Assembly (NCBI GenBank): GCA_001772615.1
Contig: MEUZ01000003.1
Location: 109,698 to 173,697, forward strand
Length of the DNA: 64,000 nt
From: a candidate division WWE3 bacterium RIFCSPHIGHO2_01_FULL_40_23
GTDB lineage: Bacteria > Patescibacteriota > WWE3 > UBA101185 > 2-01-FULL-41-18
Reading direction: 5' to 3'
The translations under genes were made by a program, and so were the position numbers. Below, one piece after another: positions 22,042-32,258 of the stretch; the stretch's first letter is position 1; every line of letters begins with the position of its first letter. A model generated the notes under the pieces. It was not told where the DNA came from and ran no database searches. It saw nothing but the letters and a program-made list of their open reading frames with translations.

Positions 22042-23223
22042 TCAACTATTAAAAAGGTTCTCCAGCTTCATTATAGTATTCTCAAATCCAAACATACTGA
22101 TAACTTTACTCCTTGCAGATAAACCAAATCCTTTTCTTTTTTCTGGGTCCTTTAAAAGAATCTCCACTCTGTCAGCAAGCATCCTCTCATCTTTCTCATC
22201 AACAAGAAACCCATTAACATTATCCTCTACAAGTTCAGGAATAGCGGATATTTTAGTAGCCACAACAGGTAGGCCGCAAAGCATAGCCTCTATAATTACG
22301 TTAGGTAGACCATCCAGATCCCCGCTTTCAGCCTTAATACTCGGAGCTACAAAAATGTCGGCCTCAAAAAAATTGTGCTTATGTTCCTCAAAAGAAACCT
22401 CCGATGGAAATTTCACTCTATCCATAAGTGACATATCCGAAACCATCTTTAAAAGTCTCTCCTTTTCAGTACCTGGATCCCCTGCGATTCTAAGCTCGAA
22501 ATTAAGACCCTTCAGTTTTAAGATCCTTGCTGCAAGCACCATGTAAGAAAACCCTTTCTTTTCAACCATCCTGCCTACCATATAAATCACGGGAGCTTTA
22601 TTATTCACTTCCGACATCTTTCCCTCAAATAAATCAAAATTAATAAAATGGTAGATAGTGATAAGCTTACTTAAATACCGCTCGGGAATAAACTTTTTAA
22701 GATATAATACGTTGTTTTTAGTGCAAGTAACAACAAATTTGGAATCCTTGATTCTCTCTGTTATGCTTCTAGGATTAGAAAGCCATATATCCTCTGCATG
22801 GCACTCAATGCTAAAAGGAATTTTAGAAAGATCAGACAACATATTAGCAATCAAAGCGCCTTCCGTTATCCAGTTGGCATGTATCAGTGAAGGTTTAACT
22901 TTTCTTACAAACGAAAGCATGGAGATCGCGGTCCCAAGAGACAAAAGCCTTTTTCCATATTTAAAACAAACAAAAATAAATCTGAAAGGGTGAAAAAGCG
23001 CATATAAAAGCACACTTATAACTCTTTGGAATTTAGACTTATGGAAATATAAAATTTTCCCGTTTAAAACGTCTGGAACCCTGCCTTTTTCCCCTTTTTC
23101 TAGTGAAAGGATTGAAATATCAACCTTACCGCTTTTAATAAGTGCCTCCACTTCGCGTGTTATAAAGTTCTGACTAAAAGTTGGAAATGTAGGTATGTAA
23201 TACAAAATTTTTCTCATCTTCAC
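22042..23223 (-). CDS. Glycosyltransferase family 4 (WcaL-like)
   Basis: VGRMVEKKG, GDLDGLPNVIIEAM. Confidence 0.9.
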   Translation of the reverse strand: MKMRKILYYIPTFPTFSQNFITREVEALIKSGKVDISILSLEKGEKGRVPDVLNGKILYFHKSKFQRVISVLLYALFHPFRFIFVCFKYGKRLLSLGTAISMLSFVRKVKPSLIHANWITEGALIANMLSDLSKIPFSIECHAEDIWLSNPRSITERIKDSKFVVTCTKNNVLYLKKFIPERYLSKLITIYHFINFDLFEGKMSEVNNKAPVIYMVGRMVEKKGFSYMVLAARILKLKGLNFELRIAGDPGTEKERLLKMVSDMSLMDRVKFPSEVSFEEHKHNFFEADIFVAPSIKAESGDLDGLPNVIIEAMLCGLPVVATKISAIPELVEDNVNGFLVDEKDERMLADRVEILLKDPEKRKGFGLSARSKVISMFGFENTIMKLENLFNS

Positions 23224-23242
23224 AGCATAAAATAACTTGTAG

Positions 23243-23734
23243 TTAAAAGGTTTCTAACTCTCTGTACCAGTCCGGCATCTTCATAAACACTTCAACCTGC
23301 TTTTTTATTCCAGCTTTAATTTTAGTCTTTGGGTTAAAACCAAAAAAAGTTTTGGCTTTAGTAAGAGAAAGTGGCACACCAGCCATAGCGGCAAGGTGAA
23401 TAACAACTTCAAACTGGTGCTTTTTAAAAAGTGATTTCAGAAAGTCATAATCAACTATATCCCCTTGTGTAAATAAGAAGCTACCTCTCACTCCCGTTTC
23501 AAGTTTTGAAAGACTCCCAAACTCATCAAGAACTTCTTTAACACCGGCTTCAGGAAAGGTAACGGGTTTATTGCCGCTTGAAAGAAAAGTTAAATCAAGG
23601 TTAAACTCTTTGCATTTTCTTGGATAGTAAGGATGGAAATTATCAATTCCTAAAACGTCATCCCCCCTTTGAATGAGCTTGCGGCATAAAAAACTCCCGA
23701 TAAAACCAGCAACTCCAGTCACTAAAACCTTCAT
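23243..23734 (-). pseudogene. NAD-dependent epimerase with a large in-frame internal deletion
   Basis: TGVAGFIG and HLAAMAGV are followed directly by the C-terminal KAKTFFGFNPKT..GI motif; no YxxxK; only 163 aa. Confidence 0.7.
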
Positions 23735-23749
23735 ACGAAGATTATAGCA

Positions 23750-24751
23750 TCAGTCAACATTGATTTCTCTTCTTATCGTATAAGGCTTTCTATCGGTTGC
23801 TTCAAAAAAGATCCTAACAAGAAGCTCGCCTAAAAGACCTGTCATTATAAATTGACCTCCAAGCACTATAAACATAACGGAAAAAATGAGTAACGGCCTT
23901 GAACCTATATCATGCCCATATAAAAATTTGTCCACCGCAAGATATAAACTCATTGCACAGCCCGCCAAAAAAAGAACTGATCCGGTAAGTCCAAATAGTC
24001 TTCCCGGCATCATTGTAAAAGGCTTAGTAGAGAAAGACTTAAAAAATGCCAGAGGAAAAAGATCCAAAAACACCGAGAAGGTTCTCGTTAAAGAACCGTA
24101 AGCGGTACTTCCATATACTCTTGGCTTATACTCCACATCAAATTCGGTAATCTTATTGGTATAAACAGTTCCATAAGCAAGCATAAACCTATGCATTTCC
24201 CCATAAAACTTAAGGTTATTAAGAACAAACCTCCTAAAACCTTTAAGCCCCGAACCTTGATCTTTAATTTTTATTCCCGATATAAAACCTATGAGCTCGT
24301 TAGCAATCGAGGAAGGGATGGACCTTAAAAAAGCGGTGGCTCTTCTTTCTTTAAATCTGCCTACTCTATTCGTGTTTACTATGTCAAAACCCTCATCAAG
24401 CTTTTTAATAACATTTAAAATCTCATTCGTATTAACCTCAAGATCGCTTGCTATAATAATTACATAATCTCCCTTGCTATGATCAAACCCATTCTGATAG
24501 GCTGCGGTTAAACCGTAATTTCTTGAATGCTGGATCACCTTCAGACTTTTATCATTTTGAGCAAGTTCGGAAAGCACATCCCAGGTTCTATCTTTAAAAC
24601 TTCCATCGTCAACCATTATAATTTCGTAACTTCTACCACTTTCCTTCAAAACTTCTTTAAGTTCTTTGTACAAAACGATTATATTTTTTTCCTCATTATA
24701 AATAGGAACAATTATGGAAAGATTTACATTTTTAGTTGAATCAAAAAGCAT
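23750..24751 (-). CDS. GT2 polyprenol-phosphate glycosyltransferase (ArnC/GtrB-like)
   Basis: VPIYNEE, VDDGS, YGEMHRF, two C-terminal TMs, GLLGELL. Confidence 0.88.
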   Translation of the reverse strand: MLFDSTKNVNLSIIVPIYNEEKNIIVLYKELKEVLKESGRSYEIIMVDDGSFKDRTWDVLSELAQNDKSLKVIQHSRNYGLTAAYQNGFDHSKGDYVIIIASDLEVNTNEILNVIKKLDEGFDIVNTNRVGRFKERRATAFLRSIPSSIANELIGFISGIKIKDQGSGLKGFRRFVLNNLKFYGEMHRFMLAYGTVYTNKITEFDVEYKPRVYGSTAYGSLTRTFSVFLDLFPLAFFKSFSTKPFTMMPGRLFGLTGSVLFLAGCAMSLYLAVDKFLYGHDIGSRPLLIFSVMFIVLGGQFIMTGLLGELLVRIFFEATDRKPYTIRREINVD

Positions 24752-24786
24752 AGCAAGTAAGATTTTCCCACATCAAAATTGCGTGG

Positions 24787-25773
24787 TCAAACCCTAAGGT
24801 CAAACCCTCCCGGGCGTTTAGCATGCCAGTAAAGGGATGACCTGACAATATCAGCAAGTGAGTTTTTTGGTTCCCAGGAAAGCTCTGTTTTGGCTTTTTT
24901 ATTATCAGCCCATAAGGAATCTACATCACCCTTTCGTCTGGGAGATGTTACAGTATTGATCTTCCTTCCCGTTTGCAGCTCAACTTCCGTTATTACATCC
25001 TTTACTGAAAAACCATGGGAAGAGCAGACATTAAATATTTCGCTTTTAGGCTTTTTTGATAAGTGCTCTGCCGACTTAATAAAAGCCTCGGCAACATCCT
25101 CCACATGAACGTAATCCTTAATATAGGTTCCGTCATAAGTCTCAAAGTCAGATCCATGCATCCTAAATACCCCATCTGATAAAGCGGCTTTTGAGAGCAC
25201 TGATACATCCGAGCTTAAGGCCCCCTTATCCTCACCGATACTCCCATCCGCCATGGCTCCGGCAACTTCAAAAAGCCTTAAAGAAATTGTTTTAATCCCA
25301 AACAAAAGATCATACCACCCAAAAATTCTCTCTATAAAAACTAGCGTTTCAGAAAACACAGTTTCCGTACCAAAGTCACTATCTTCATTAACCGGAAGAA
25401 AGTCAGCCTTACCATAAATCTCTGAAGATGAAGCAAAGATTAGCCTTTTTACTGAATTCTGCTTCATGGCCTCAACAAGGTTAAGGCTCGCGGTAATGTT
25501 ACTCTTCAAGCAAAGGTAAGGCTCCTCAAAAGAGTTTTTGGAAGCAGTGTTTCCGGATAAATTAATTACTAAATTAAAGGCGGACGTCTTTAAAGCTCCG
25601 TCAATACTGTTAAAATTAAGAAGGTCTCCTTCTATAACTTTACAGATCTTTACTGCTTCTTTATGGCCGGTTGAGAAATTATCAAAGACGGTAACTTCAT
25701 TATTTGCTTCAAGAAGTTTTCTTACAAGTACAGAACCAATAAAACCCGCACCACCGCATAAAAGAACTCTCAT
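24787..25773 (-). CDS. UDP-glucose 4-epimerase GalE-like protein with degenerate active site
   Basis: GGAGFIG, DGTYIKDYVHVED, RRKGD; YxxxK position reads FSETL. Confidence 0.75.
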   Translation of the reverse strand: MRVLLCGGAGFIGSVLVRKLLEANNEVTVFDNFSTGHKEAVKICKVIEGDLLNFNSIDGALKTSAFNLVINLSGNTASKNSFEEPYLCLKSNITASLNLVEAMKQNSVKRLIFASSSEIYGKADFLPVNEDSDFGTETVFSETLVFIERIFGWYDLLFGIKTISLRLFEVAGAMADGSIGEDKGALSSDVSVLSKAALSDGVFRMHGSDFETYDGTYIKDYVHVEDVAEAFIKSAEHLSKKPKSEIFNVCSSHGFSVKDVITEVELQTGRKINTVTSPRRKGDVDSLWADNKKAKTELSWEPKNSLADIVRSSLYWHAKRPGGFDLRV

Positions 25774-25788
25774 GTTCCTTGTCTTAGA

Positions 25789-26535
25789 CTAATATTTACC
25801 CAGAAGGTCATTAAATCTTACCTTTAATACATCTAAAAAATTATAAAAAGAATCTCTTATATTATTAACTCTTGTATTTCGGTATTCCCACACAATGGGC
25901 ACCTCTTTAATCTTTTTACCCATCTTTTTTGCAATAAAAAGAATTTCCACATCAAAAGCCGTAACTTTGGGAACTTTAAGTTCTTTTGACGAATCCCCAT
26001 ACAATAAACTCTTTTTAAATATCTCTCTGGCAAGATCTCCCCTGAAAAGTTTAAAACCGCATTGAGTATCATTAATTCCTGAAAGAACCAGAAGCCTTAC
26101 AAGAAGGTTAAAAGTCCTTCCCATTATATGTCTTATCAGCGGTTCATTTTTTCTGACAGCGCCTATGCCTTCTCTTGATCCAATCCCAATATCAAAATCA
26201 TTGTCTTTTACCCACACAAGAAGTCTTTTAAGCTCTTCTATGGGTACGGCCAGATCTCCATCACACAAAAGAACAAAGTTGCCTGTAGAATTTAATACAC
26301 CTGTCCTGACTGCAAAACCTTTCCCTTTATGTGCATTCTTTATCAAAATAACCTTTTCGTTTGTACTCCTAAAGGTATCAACAGTTTCTGACGTAGCGTC
26401 CGTGCTTCCATCATCAACCACAATAATTTCATAATTAGGTTCAAAGTCATTAAGAAAGGTTGTAATTTTCGTTAAGGTTATTCCTATATTAGGTTTTTCA
26501 TTATACGCGGGTATTACAACGGAAATTTCAGTCAT
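25789..26535 (-). CDS. Dolichyl-phosphate beta-glucosyltransferase-like GT2
   Basis: VIPAYNE, GKGFAV, DTQCGFKLF, FDVE. Confidence 0.9.
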   Translation of the reverse strand: MTEISVVIPAYNEKPNIGITLTKITTFLNDFEPNYEIIVVDDGSTDATSETVDTFRSTNEKVILIKNAHKGKGFAVRTGVLNSTGNFVLLCDGDLAVPIEELKRLLVWVKDNDFDIGIGSREGIGAVRKNEPLIRHIMGRTFNLLVRLLVLSGINDTQCGFKLFRGDLAREIFKKSLLYGDSSKELKVPKVTAFDVEILFIAKKMGKKIKEVPIVWEYRNTRVNNIRDSFYNFLDVLKVRFNDLLGKY

Positions 26536-26536
26536 A

Positions 26537-27673
26537 TCAAACTTTAATAACGGTGGCAGTTTTTTCCCAAACAATTTTACTATATAAGAGATAGTTCCAT
26601 ATGAGCCCGATTAAAATTCCAAGAGGATAGCCTACCAAAAGCACAAAAATAACTTTCCCAAAAACCGATTGCGATAAAACAATGAAGCCTTTTTGAATAA
26701 AGTATGTGCCTATATTTATAAGACAAAAGATAATAAACTTTTTCATCTTCTCATCCACTCTTACGATTTTTCTCTCCTTAAACGACCAGAGATTGTTAAA
26801 AGTGAAAGTTGTAACTACTGCGGCAAGAAAAGCTGGTAGTAAAGAGACAGAAGGATTAATCTTGTAAAAAAGAACTAAAAAATAAAAAATGGAAGTCTGC
26901 ACAAAAAGACCCGCACTCCCTACTATCAGAAACTTAAAAAAAGAAGCATTCTTTTTAATCCTTAACTTAAAAATAAGTTTGAGAGATTCAATAATATTCT
27001 CCTTTTCCATTTTTGAGTCCCCTCTGTCTCTCAAACCAAAAGCTATAGGGATTTCACCAATTTTTCCACCCTTCATTTTCATCTCATATAAAAGCTGAAT
27101 TTTGTATGTGTATGCCTTTCTATCTAAATCCTCAAGGTTTACTTTAGAAAGGGTTGAAACTCTTGATATCCTATAACCGGAGGTAACATCATGAATTTCA
27201 AAAAGGCCCAGTACAATTCGCGAGAGAAGATTCCCAAAAAAACTTAAGAGCTTCCTGTAAAGTGCCCATGAGTCAGGAATAGAACCTCCTTTGATATACC
27301 TTGAACCAAGCACATAGTCATATCCTTCATTTAATTTTGCCACGAATCGCTTAACATCCTTCGGATCGTGCTGAAAGTCAGCGTCCATTTCAACAATCCC
27401 ATCCGCTTTAAGCTCACTAATTGCATATTTCATTCCCAAAATATAGGCGCTTCCAAGTCCTGTTTTTTTCTCTTCCACCAAAAGATGTATGTTGGGATTT
27501 TCCTTCACCTTTTTCCTTACAGCCTCCGTTGTGCCGTCAGTTGAATTCCCATCAACAATCACGCTATGCATTTCACACGAGGGAACACCTTTAAACTGCG
27601 CCTTCAGCGCATCAAGAAACTTGTCAATATTTTCAATTTCGTTATAAGTTGGCGTTACAACTACTATCCTCAT
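26537..27673 (-). CDS. Polyprenol-P-mannose synthase (DPM1-like GT2) fused to a GtrA flippase domain
   Basis: PTYNE, GLGSAY, MDADFQH, DVTSGYR; C-terminal KFLIVG...NNLWSF...WNY. Confidence 0.88.
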   Translation of the reverse strand: MRIVVVTPTYNEIENIDKFLDALKAQFKGVPSCEMHSVIVDGNSTDGTTEAVRKKVKENPNIHLLVEEKKTGLGSAYILGMKYAISELKADGIVEMDADFQHDPKDVKRFVAKLNEGYDYVLGSRYIKGGSIPDSWALYRKLLSFFGNLLSRIVLGLFEIHDVTSGYRISRVSTLSKVNLEDLDRKAYTYKIQLLYEMKMKGGKIGEIPIAFGLRDRGDSKMEKENIIESLKLIFKLRIKKNASFFKFLIVGSAGLFVQTSIFYFLVLFYKINPSVSLLPAFLAAVVTTFTFNNLWSFKERKIVRVDEKMKKFIIFCLINIGTYFIQKGFIVLSQSVFGKVIFVLLVGYPLGILIGLIWNYLLYSKIVWEKTATVIKV

Positions 27674-27735
27674 CTCATAGACCCTTAAACTAACCCTAAC
27701 AACTCAAAGTTTACAATAAAGATTAAGGGAATGCT

Positions 27736-27990
27736 CTAAATACCAAGAACCATGGCAAAAAGCAGTGTTACGATACCGCCTATTAAAACATATTCCAGTA
27801 TAATCTGAAAAGTGAGCCGATCCTCCAAATAATGATGGACAAACGCCCACAAAACATAGTAAGAAACCCCCGCCAGGACAGAGAAGAACTGATATCTTAA
27901 ATTAAATCTGAAAAGAAAGAAAAAAAGGAAGCTTACGGATAGCCCCACAAAAAGAAAAATTAAATGTGAGATGTGCTTTTTTTCTTCCAT
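27736..27990 (-). CDS. Small membrane protein
   Basis: 3 TM segments, YVLWAFVHH..ILEY. Confidence 0.7.
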   Translation of the reverse strand: MEEKKHISHLIFLFVGLSVSFLFFFLFRFNLRYQFFSVLAGVSYYVLWAFVHHYLEDRLTFQIILEYVLIGGIVTLLFAMVLGI

Positions 27991-27991
27991 A

Positions 27992-28882
27992 CTATAAAAC
28001 CCTGCCTGGAACTATAACAAACCCTATACTCACTATTGCAAGCATCAAAAGGAAAATATGAGCTAAAGTGTGCCCGTTAAGTTTAACAATACCTTTTCTT
28101 GATGAATACCAAAAGTCAATCATAAACAAGGCAAAAACAAAACCGGCAAGAATAAGCGAAATGGTCTTCGTGAAGAAATAGATGTCAATAAGCGGAAACT
28201 CTTCTTTCTTTGAAGTATCAACCGCACTTAATTTTTCACCGATTTGGCTCTCTAGAAGAGAAGAATCACTTCTTTGGACTTTTAATCCCCCTATCTCCAC
28301 TTTCTCAACGGGAACCGGCGTTCTTCTCTTACCGAAAAATTGAACAACAAGTGTAGTCTGGTAACCGTCCAAAGTCCCGTTTACAACAGCAAACCCTATA
28401 TCATTGTAATTTGGATTTAAAAGGTTGTCCCTATGTGTAGGAGAGTCCATCCAGGCCTTAACAACACTTTTAGATTCATTAAAGTTTTTTGCTAGGTTCT
28501 CCCCTGCTGTTGAGTAGTCATAATTAACCTCCGAAAAGAAATACCAAGGCTCAATCCCAGAAGGTGATACATGCGCCCAATAGTTATTTTTAAACATATC
28601 CTCGGCTTTAGCACTTGCCGCCTTGGTTAAGTCCGGATCAAGATTAAGTTCCGAAAGTCCTTTAAGCTTTCTTTGTTCATTTGTGTATTTATAAAGATCT
28701 GAAGCGTTGATATTGGAGGCATAACCTAAGACTCCGGGCATTCTTACTGCCGTAACTCTAATAGACGCCATTAAAAACAGAAGGAGGAAAGAATAATAAC
28801 TTAAAGCCTTATGGCTTAGTAAATGTGACCTCCTCTTACCATTCACATCAGGAAGAAAGTGGGCAAATGTGACAAGCTTCAT
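27992..28882 (-). CDS. CAP (SCP) domain membrane protein
   Basis: TNEQR, YWAH, AGENLA, WMDSPTHRDNLL. Confidence 0.92.
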   Translation of the reverse strand: MKLVTFAHFLPDVNGKRRSHLLSHKALSYYSFLLLFLMASIRVTAVRMPGVLGYASNINASDLYKYTNEQRKLKGLSELNLDPDLTKAASAKAEDMFKNNYWAHVSPSGIEPWYFFSEVNYDYSTAGENLAKNFNESKSVVKAWMDSPTHRDNLLNPNYNDIGFAVVNGTLDGYQTTLVVQFFGKRRTPVPVEKVEIGGLKVQRSDSSLLESQIGEKLSAVDTSKKEEFPLIDIYFFTKTISLILAGFVFALFMIDFWYSSRKGIVKLNGHTLAHIFLLMLAIVSIGFVIVPGRVL

Positions 28883-28909
28883 ATCACTAAAATAATAACA
28901 TATAAACTC

Positions 28910-28938
28910 TTGACATTAGGAAATAGGGCACCTAGTAT
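28910..28938 (+). promoter_or_regulatory. Sigma70 promoter, leaderless
   Basis: TTGACA-17 nt-TAGTAT, 7 nt before ATG 28946. Confidence 0.7.
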
Positions 28939-28945
28939 ATACTTA

Positions 28946-29155
28946 ATGCCAAAGCTTAAAAGAAAGAACAAGTCTTCCTCAACCAGAAGCTCTGCCATAT
29001 ATGACAGGGAGTTTCATTTCCTCACCGATAACAAGCGCACACTTCAGTTAATTATAACTGCCTTCCTTGCTCTCTCCGCTCTTCTTGTCGCCCACATAGT
29101 AAATCAGCAGGAAGAGCTTGACCTATACAAAGAAGCAAGGGCGGTCACAAGATAA
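28946..29155 (+). CDS. Small single-TM hypothetical protein
   Basis: ATG 28946 follows the promoter; one TM segment. Confidence 0.6.
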   Translation: MPKLKRKNKSSSTRSSAIYDREFHFLTDNKRTLQLIITAFLALSALLVAHIVNQQEELDLYKEARAVTR

Positions 29156-29158
29156 TCC

Positions 29159-29971
29159 ATGCCACCCAAGACTCTTATTGTTCTCCTTATTGGAATTTTA
29201 TTTATAAGCCTTTTCTATTATTATTCAAAACTTAATTCCGGCAATCCTTTCACGGAAGACGCCCCCAAAGACAACTCTTTGGAGAGAGTTCTCTCCTCAA
29301 AGGAACTAAGAGTAGGATCAGCCCTTGAGGAGCTTCCCTGGGGGAAAGTTGATCCTAAAACGGGAAAAGAAATAGGAGCAGAGGTTGAAATTGCAAAACT
29401 CGTTGCCGATAAGCTTTCGGTCAAACTCGTACTTGTAAATAAAGGTTTTGACTACCTTTTACCTGACCTTCTTAACAAGCAATATGATGTTGTAATAGCC
29501 GGGATGAGTATAACCAATGAAAGGAAAAAGCTTGTTAACTTTACCGGTCCTTACCTTACTACAGGCCTTTCCATAATTGTGAGAAAGGACAATCAAAGCA
29601 TTAAGTCGGTTTCTGATCTTGAAGGGAAAAAGGTAGGCACACTTTCAGGAACCACTTCACATGAGTTCCTTCAAACTTTAAAAAATGTTGACGTTAGAGC
29701 CTATGATGATCCTGGAAAGTACATAACTGAAACAATTAACGGAAACATTGACGCTACCGTTTATGATGCAACCGCAGCAAATAACTACTTAAAAGAAAAT
29801 CCTTCCCTTAAAGTCACAGGGGACCTTCTTAAAAAAGAGCAATACGGCATGGCCGTTAGAAAAGGGGATGTTATGCTTCTAAATGAATTAAACCTTATCA
29901 TATCGGAAATTAAGGATAGTGACGAATTTAAAAAGATTATACAAGAATGGTATGGCCCTTCTGTTGAATAA
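29159..29971 (+). CDS. Polar amino acid substrate-binding protein (SBP_bac_3)
   Basis: AGMSITNERKK.VNFT.PY, DLEGKKVG, YGMAVRKGD. Confidence 0.93.
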   Translation: MPPKTLIVLLIGILFISLFYYYSKLNSGNPFTEDAPKDNSLERVLSSKELRVGSALEELPWGKVDPKTGKEIGAEVEIAKLVADKLSVKLVLVNKGFDYLLPDLLNKQYDVVIAGMSITNERKKLVNFTGPYLTTGLSIIVRKDNQSIKSVSDLEGKKVGTLSGTTSHEFLQTLKNVDVRAYDDPGKYITETINGNIDATVYDATAANNYLKENPSLKVTGDLLKKEQYGMAVRKGDVMLLNELNLIISEIKDSDEFKKIIQEWYGPSVE

Positions 29972-30053
29972 AAATTTAAAAAACATCAACCAACTATAAC
30001 AAACGATAAAGAAATCTTAGCTTAAAAAGATCACGGGTAGTATTATTGAGTCA

Positions 30054-32258
30054 ATGGCCCAGAAAAAAGTACTTCTAAAAGAACGCTTAATACTTTCCTA
30101 CATTTCAGTAGTTTTCATTTCACTTTTTATTTCCATACTCTTTTCTTACACTCTTTTTATCCTTACCGTTAACAAAAGGCTTGATCCTGAAATTACAGGT
30201 GCCAAAGAGACAATGGAGGGGAGAATTTCCGAACTTATGGAAAAATCATTGATCTTCACGGATATTATCTCGCGCGAAAAAGAAGCTCTTTCATTCCTAA
30301 AAAATGAACTTTCAAGAGATGGGACTATTGAAGACTTAAGAAGATTTAACAGCAAAGCAGGTCTTGACATCCTTCAGATCCTTGATCAAAACGGGAAAGT
30401 TCTGCTAAGCCTTGAAAATCCTTCTGTTGAACCCTACAGCAAAATTAATGATAATCTAGTTCAGAAAGGTCTTAGAGGCTACAAAAACAGCTCCTTTCAG
30501 ATAGAAGACGGAAAGCCTTCAATTGTTTCCATCGTTCCCATTCAGGAAAACGGGAAAACATATGGTGCTCTCCTCGGCGGCTTCACCGTCACAAACCAAC
30601 TTCTTAATAAAATAGAAGGATCCCTTCATAAAAAGATTTCCGTTTTTGATCTCAACGGCTACCTATTCGCCACAACAATAGAAGATAAAAACGGAGTTAG
30701 AGTAAGTGATCAAAGAATAGACCAAAACACACTGATTAAACTTAAAGAAGGTCAAAAATTCGTTAGGGCAAGAGTAAATATAGAAGACATAAGATATAGG
30801 GTTCTTTATTCAATGATCGGGAACTTTGAAGGCAAGGACTCCTTCATAATTATGATTGCCCTTCCTCTTGAAACAATAATTGCGGATAATAACAGAACCA
30901 TCGGTATTCTCGTGTTTGCCAACCTTATAACTGTGGTAATCGCACTTTCATTTGCCATGAAAAACTCCAAAGACCTCATAGATCCCATTTACACCATAAA
31001 AAAGGGTACGGAAATTGTTGGATCTGGTAACCTTGACTACAAAATCAATGTCAGCACTGATGATGAAATAACAGATCTTGCTAACTCATTTAACGACATG
31101 ACTAAACGTATAAAAACTCTGCTGGATGAAGTTTCTGATGAAAAAAACATTGCTAGTACGGAAAGAAATAAATTCTTCACTGTTTTTGAGGGGGTTCTTG
31201 ATGGCATACTTACACTTGACTACGACAGAAGGATAACTCTTTTTAACAAGGCCGCAGAGGAAATAACCGGCCTTTCGTCAAAGGATGTTTTAGGAAAAAA
31301 GTGCGATGAAGTTCTTCTTTTCTTTAAAAACAAAGTAAGGCTTCCCTCATCGGAATTTTGCACCTTAAAAGAGGCGGACAAAGACCAGACAATCTTCTCC
31401 GACAATAACTTAAAACTTGTCACATCAAAGAAAGATCTTTTTGTTTCCCTGACAAGCTCGGTAATAAAAGAAGGGAAGCTTGCAAACCTGGGATGTATAC
31501 TTACTTTTCAAGACACAACCAGGGAAAGAGAGCTTGAAGAAATGAAGCTTGATTTTGTTTCTATGGCAGCGCATGAACTAAGAACACCTCTTACTTCAAT
31601 CAGGGGATACATTTCACTTCTGGAACCTAAAATTAAAGGAATAATAAATGAAAATGACATGAAATTTCTTGAAAGGATTGACATTTCGGCCTCTCAACTT
31701 TCAACACTTATAGAAAACCTTCTTGACGTTTCAAAAATAGAACATGACTCGCTGGAAATAGAAGTCAAGAAAGAGGAGTGGGTTGAAATAGTAGAGGCTT
31801 CCGTTGAAGGTTTTAAGGATCTTGCTAAAGAAAAAGAGATTAAACTTTCTTTCAAGGAACCAAAGTCAACTATTCCTCCCGTAGCCATAGATAAGTTTAG
31901 AATTTCGGAAGTCCTTTCAAATCTCCTTGCCAACGCGTTAAACTTCACGAACGAGGGCGGGGAAGTAACTGTTACTATAGGAATTGATAATGGCTTTATA
32001 AAAACAATAATAAAAGATACGGGATGTGGAATACCAGAAAGGGCCATCCCCCATCTCTTTACAAAGTTTTACAGAGTAACGGGGATTTTAGAAAAAGGCT
32101 CAAAAGGAACAGGACTTGGACTTTATATCAGTAAGTCCATTGTAAGCATGCATGGGGGTAAAATCTGGGTTGAGAGTAAACTGGGCGTTGGAAGTTCATT
32201 TTCATTTACTGTTCCGATTTTTAGTATGGCTGAAGCAACTAAAAGTTCTAGCTTATAG
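30054..32258 (+). CDS. Sensor histidine kinase (Cache-HAMP-PAS-HisKA-HATPase)
   Basis: DEITDLANSFNDM, AHELRTPL, NLLANA, DTGCGI, GTGLGL. Confidence 0.95.
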   Translation: MAQKKVLLKERLILSYISVVFISLFISILFSYTLFILTVNKRLDPEITGAKETMEGRISELMEKSLIFTDIISREKEALSFLKNELSRDGTIEDLRRFNSKAGLDILQILDQNGKVLLSLENPSVEPYSKINDNLVQKGLRGYKNSSFQIEDGKPSIVSIVPIQENGKTYGALLGGFTVTNQLLNKIEGSLHKKISVFDLNGYLFATTIEDKNGVRVSDQRIDQNTLIKLKEGQKFVRARVNIEDIRYRVLYSMIGNFEGKDSFIIMIALPLETIIADNNRTIGILVFANLITVVIALSFAMKNSKDLIDPIYTIKKGTEIVGSGNLDYKINVSTDDEITDLANSFNDMTKRIKTLLDEVSDEKNIASTERNKFFTVFEGVLDGILTLDYDRRITLFNKAAEEITGLSSKDVLGKKCDEVLLFFKNKVRLPSSEFCTLKEADKDQTIFSDNNLKLVTSKKDLFVSLTSSVIKEGKLANLGCILTFQDTTRERELEEMKLDFVSMAAHELRTPLTSIRGYISLLEPKIKGIINENDMKFLERIDISASQLSTLIENLLDVSKIEHDSLEIEVKKEEWVEIVEASVEGFKDLAKEKEIKLSFKEPKSTIPPVAIDKFRISEVLSNLLANALNFTNEGGEVTVTIGIDNGFIKTIIKDTGCGIPERAIPHLFTKFYRVTGILEKGSKGTGLGLYISKSIVSMHGGKIWVESKLGVGSSFSFTVPIFSMAEATKSSSL

